NCBI GenBank assembly: GCA_035193785.1
Contig: CP136572.1
Coordinates: 5,044,578-5,108,577 of the forward strand
DNA length: 64,000 nucleotides
Direction: 5' to 3'
Origin: Planktothrix sp. GU0601_MAG3
GTDB taxonomy: Bacteria > Cyanobacteriota > Cyanobacteriia > Cyanobacteriales > Microcoleaceae
The notes under the pieces were generated by a model that was not told where the DNA came from, made no database searches, and saw nothing but the letters and a program-made list of their open reading frames with translations. The position numbers and the translations under genes were made by a program. Shown piece by piece: positions 60,747-64,000 of the stretch; the stretch's first letter is position 1, and every line of letters starts with the position of its first letter.

Positions 60747-61697
60747 ATGTTACACGAATTAACACTGCGTGGATTAGTGCTTGCCAATCCTGTTGTTCCT
60801 TACTTTGTGATCAGACACAAAGGTTTACCATTAACGGATAGCCTATTAATTGTACTTTGTATTATTCCCATTGAGATGCTCGTTATTTGGTTGGTATTCA
60901 AGTTTGATAGAATTGCTATTAATTTTTATAGGCTATTAATAGCAGTGTCATTGGCTAATATTGCTACTTCTATAATAGGAATACCTTTTCTGTATAATTA
61001 TTATATTGAAAAAAACTCAACAAACGCTCATTTTTTAGTGCAATTTTTAATAGGTAATTTTTTCATTGCTTGGTTAGTTGAATCCTTGATATATCAGTCA
61101 TTTCTTAAACAAGAAAATCTATCATTAGTTAACATAGTTAAAGCTGCTTTTGCCAGTAATTTAGTTAGTTACCTGATGTTTGCATTCGTTATTTTACCTT
61201 TTTCTATCAATTCATTTTCTTCAGTTGATACTCACTCTGAAACACTAACAAATTATTATCCACCTGTTATATTTGTTGATAAATATAGACCCATAGTTAA
61301 GTATTTTTTGGAAAATCAACAAGCATTTTACTACAAAAATAACCGCTTTACTAATAATTGGAAAGAATTAGGAGAGAGCGAAATTATTGAAGGACAACAA
61401 GGTATAGAAAGAAGTGAGTCTCAACTTCCATTGATTATAGAGGCTACGGCAGCTAGTTTTCCATTCTCAGCCAGTCTTTCAAACAAAACCCCATATCCAG
61501 GCACAGAATTTCCAAAAATCATTCATTACAATGCCACAATCTTTGTGATCTCGGATCAGTCTAAACCTTCTGAATTAAAATTCATTAAAGGTATTTGTGG
61601 GACACAGGAAGGAATGTCGAAGCCGAAACTGGTTAATGGTAAATTTCAATGTCCTTCTGGTTCTGTAGATAAAAGTGATGAGTGGGGATTGCGTTAA
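60747..61697 (+). CDS. Membrane protein with C-terminal type IV pilin-like G/H domain
   Basis: Four TM segments, then QQAFYYKNNRF...ELG...IC...PKL..GKFQCPSGS. Confidence 0.65.
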   Translation: MLHELTLRGLVLANPVVPYFVIRHKGLPLTDSLLIVLCIIPIEMLVIWLVFKFDRIAINFYRLLIAVSLANIATSIIGIPFLYNYYIEKNSTNAHFLVQFLIGNFFIAWLVESLIYQSFLKQENLSLVNIVKAAFASNLVSYLMFAFVILPFSINSFSSVDTHSETLTNYYPPVIFVDKYRPIVKYFLENQQAFYYKNNRFTNNWKELGESEIIEGQQGIERSESQLPLIIEATAASFPFSASLSNKTPYPGTEFPKIIHYNATIFVISDQSKPSELKFIKGICGTQEGMSKPKLVNGKFQCPSGSVDKSDEWGLR

Positions 61698-61818
61698 AAA
61701 TCAATAATCAATTAGGGATATAAAAAAGTGTTTTTTTTATCAAGAAGAGTTCTTTATAACCCCGATTTTCTTTGAAAAACTTCGTTTTTTATCCTTTAAT
61801 CATCAACTATCTAAGCAA

Positions 61819-62914
61819 ATGCAAAACTATCAGCTTAACTTTAGGTTTTACCGACCAACTATTTACCCTTCTGCTCTTTCTCTCTCCTTAATACTTGGTA
61901 TTGCTCACGGTTTCGCTGATGCAGCCGCGGGGTTTTTGTTAGGAAGATTACCTCATACCATGTCCTTAGAGCAAGCAAGTGGGCTAATTATTCTCTACAA
62001 TGTCCTAGGTTTTGGTTATCAACCATTAGTGGGGATGTTAACCGATAAATTCAAACGTCCGCATCTAGCTGTTTTGGTGGGTTTGTCCTCACTTTTATTG
62101 GCGTTATTGGTAAAAGATGGGGATTCACAAATCGCGGTAATTTTAGCAGGAATTGGTTTCGGCGGCATTTCATGTCGGCGGTGGCTCTTTCGCGTTAGCG
62201 GCTACTCCTTATAAAAAAACTATAGGAAGTGGACTTTTTACCGCACCAGGAATAATTGGTTTAGCTGTGGGTGGTGTTTTAGGGTTTACAGGTAATAACA
62301 TTACTATACCAATAGTTCTACTACTGGGTTTAATGATAGGGATTATTTCTATAATTAACTTATCTAAATATGATTTATCTTATGCTCATATAGAGAATGA
62401 AGCCACCGAAAATGACAATTTTGGTGATGAGGTTTTATTGGTACTGCTGATCGCGATCGCGCTGACTTCCACAGTCTGGACTAGCTTTCAATTCCTCTTA
62501 CAAACCCATCTCGACTTGATCATTGTCATAGCTTTTGCTGCTGCAATTGCTAAGGTATGTGGTGGTATTTTTGCAGAACTTTGGGGATGGCGATCATGGA
62601 CAATTGTTTCCCTAACAATTGCCGCATTTCTATTATTATTTGGTCAACAAAATCACCTAACTTTAATTCTAGGTTTAGCATTACTTCAATCGACTATTCC
62701 TATCACTCTGGCTGCTACAGCTAAAATGATGCCCCAACAACCAGCTACAGCTACAGGTTTTGCCCTCGGACTTTCTATCCTGATTGGCGGTATTCCGGTA
62801 ATTTGCGGTTTGGGTGAGATCGCAAGCATACCGACTGTTTCTGCTTTGATTGTCATGATCACTACTCTGTCTTTGTGGTGGGTGTTGAAATTGAAAATTA
62901 TGCAAAAAGGATAA
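61819..62914 (+). CDS. MFS-like membrane protein; frameshift at GTTTC 62156-62160
   Basis: AHGFADA, QPLVGMLTDK, GSAAFHVGGG (repaired), ~11-12 TM. Confidence 0.75.
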
Positions 62915-62925
62915 AATTCCTGTAA

Positions 62926-63385
62926 TTATGTGATCTGATTAATTTTCATACTATCCTCTTTGAATAATCCATCTGTTACCCAATGGACTTGATTCTCTAT
63001 TAGCCAATGTTCTCTAATTTTTTTAGCAAATAAGTCTGCTTATTAAACCCTATTACTTATATAATAAACTGTTTTTTTGTATGTATACTTTCCGGTTTCC
63101 CATTTTGTGTATAGTGATCAATTTGATTATATAGTTTAATTTGATTCCGCGACAAGATTGAAGGTTTTATTCAAATCTTGATGGTTAATCTTCATAAAAT
63201 ATCCAATTTCTCGATATCCTTAATATCCCAACATTTTCGCTAATATCACCACTAATAATATCCCCCACATCGAGTATATTTTTCCTTGAGATTTTGGGAA
63301 ATCCTTGACTTTTTTCAGATGTTCTATTAAACTGTTTATGATTACTTTTTTTACTAAAGAATGCGATCGCCCTTGATTTTATCAT
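62926..63385 (-). pseudogene. Degraded ISAs1-family transposase remnant
   Basis: Minus strand TVYYISNRV**ADLFAKKIREHWLIENQVHWVTDGLFKED matches the ISAs1 R.HW.IEN.LHW..D..F.ED motif; extent upstream of ~63075 is uncertain. Confidence 0.8.
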
Positions 63386-63448
63386 CAGGCGATGCGCAGC
63401 GGCGCGACTAGCACCATCGCTCTTTCCTTACTCTTTTTGACCCGACTT

Positions 63449-63595
63449 TGAAACAGCCCTGCCCCCCACTCCCCCACTCCCCCACTCCCCCACTCCCCCT
63501 ACTCCCCCTGCTCCCCTGCTCCCCCTGCCTCCCCTGCCTCCCCCTGCTCCCCCTGCACCCCCTGCTCCCCTGCTCCCCCATTCCCCACGCCCCCG
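63449..63595. repeat. Orphan MITE right end (tgaaacagccctg) followed by C-rich tandem repeats
   Basis: 13-bp identity to the TIR of 55956-56298. Confidence 0.7.
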
Positions 63596-63602
63596 CTACT
63601 AT

Positions 63603-64000
63603 ATGGCTTCCTCAGACTACTCCTCCGGTTCTCGTTTTCAACGACAGCGTTCTTCTCCTGGTCAGCGTGGGGGAAAAAGAACAGTCATGGGGCGAAAAAG
63701 AACAACCTGGGGAGGTAAAGGTCAAAATTCCCCATCTCGGAATTCAGGTTCTACTCCCTTAGCGAAAAGCCCGATTAATCTTCCCTTTGTAGCCCATCCT
63801 AGAAAGCGCCATCGCTCTGCCCCTGTAAGAGCCAATCGCGGGCGTTTAATATTAGTTTGGTTAGTAATATTAGGGGGAATTTTAGGTCTATCCCTAAATT
63901 TATTTCGTTTACAAATAGGGCAAGAATCTTCCTTTCTCAAAGAACAGGCTTTATCTCAACAACAACAAAAAATTCTACCGTTTGTTCCCAGACGTTCAAT
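63603..64000 (+). CDS. ftsI: Penicillin-binding protein FtsI/PBP3, N-terminal part (runs off window; absent from ORF track)
   Basis: MASSDYSSGSRF...RLILVWLVILGGILGLSLNLFRLQI...ALSQQQQKILPFVPRRS, typical of cyanobacterial FtsI TM and downstream region. Confidence 0.78.
   Translation, partial: MASSDYSSGSRFQRQRSSPGQRGGKRTVMGRKRTTWGGKGQNSPSRNSGSTPLAKSPINLPFVAHPRKRHRSAPVRANRGRLILVWLVILGGILGLSLNLFRLQIGQESSFLKEQALSQQQQKILPFVPRRS

Overview
A 64-kb stretch of a filamentous cyanobacterial chromosome (Oscillatoriales, Planktothrix-like by repeat style; more than 20 HIP1 GCGATCGC sites). It is mostly core genes: sufR/sufBCDS, upp, mmsA, a hemH-like chelatase, ahcY, glgB, msrB, psb34, tRNA-fMet, ftsL-like/ftsI, and a hybrid kinase with a PleD-type regulator. 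The most striking signal is that all 30 gene-splitting frameshifts I could trace are repaired by deleting one base from a GAAAC or GTTTC pentamer (GAAC->GAAAC, GTTC->GTTTC). The genes are therefore probably intact, and the assembly likely carries the error footprint of a GAAC/GTTC-specific DNA modification, most plausibly Dnd-type phosphorothioation. Second, a carbamoyltransferase-SxtJ-SxtK(DUF5989)-3xSGNH operon contains an unannotated 54-aa membrane peptide ending in FIYTLF. This is the tyrosine acyl-shuttle motif of DltX/MBOAT systems and suggests an MBOAT-free cell-envelope carbamoylation relay. Third, a ~5.5-kb island separates ftsL-like from ftsI. It carries a group II intron RT relic, a DUF2330 protein with an embedded pilin-like helix, a Pilin_GH-like membrane protein, an MFS gene and an ISAs1 relic. 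Also present are a TIR-bounded MITE with a variable 20-bp VNTR, a 90-bp tandem repeat, a structured ahcY leader, an EGGE-peptide/PiuC pair and an orphan C5 methyltransferase. All calls are by eye; no database searches were run.
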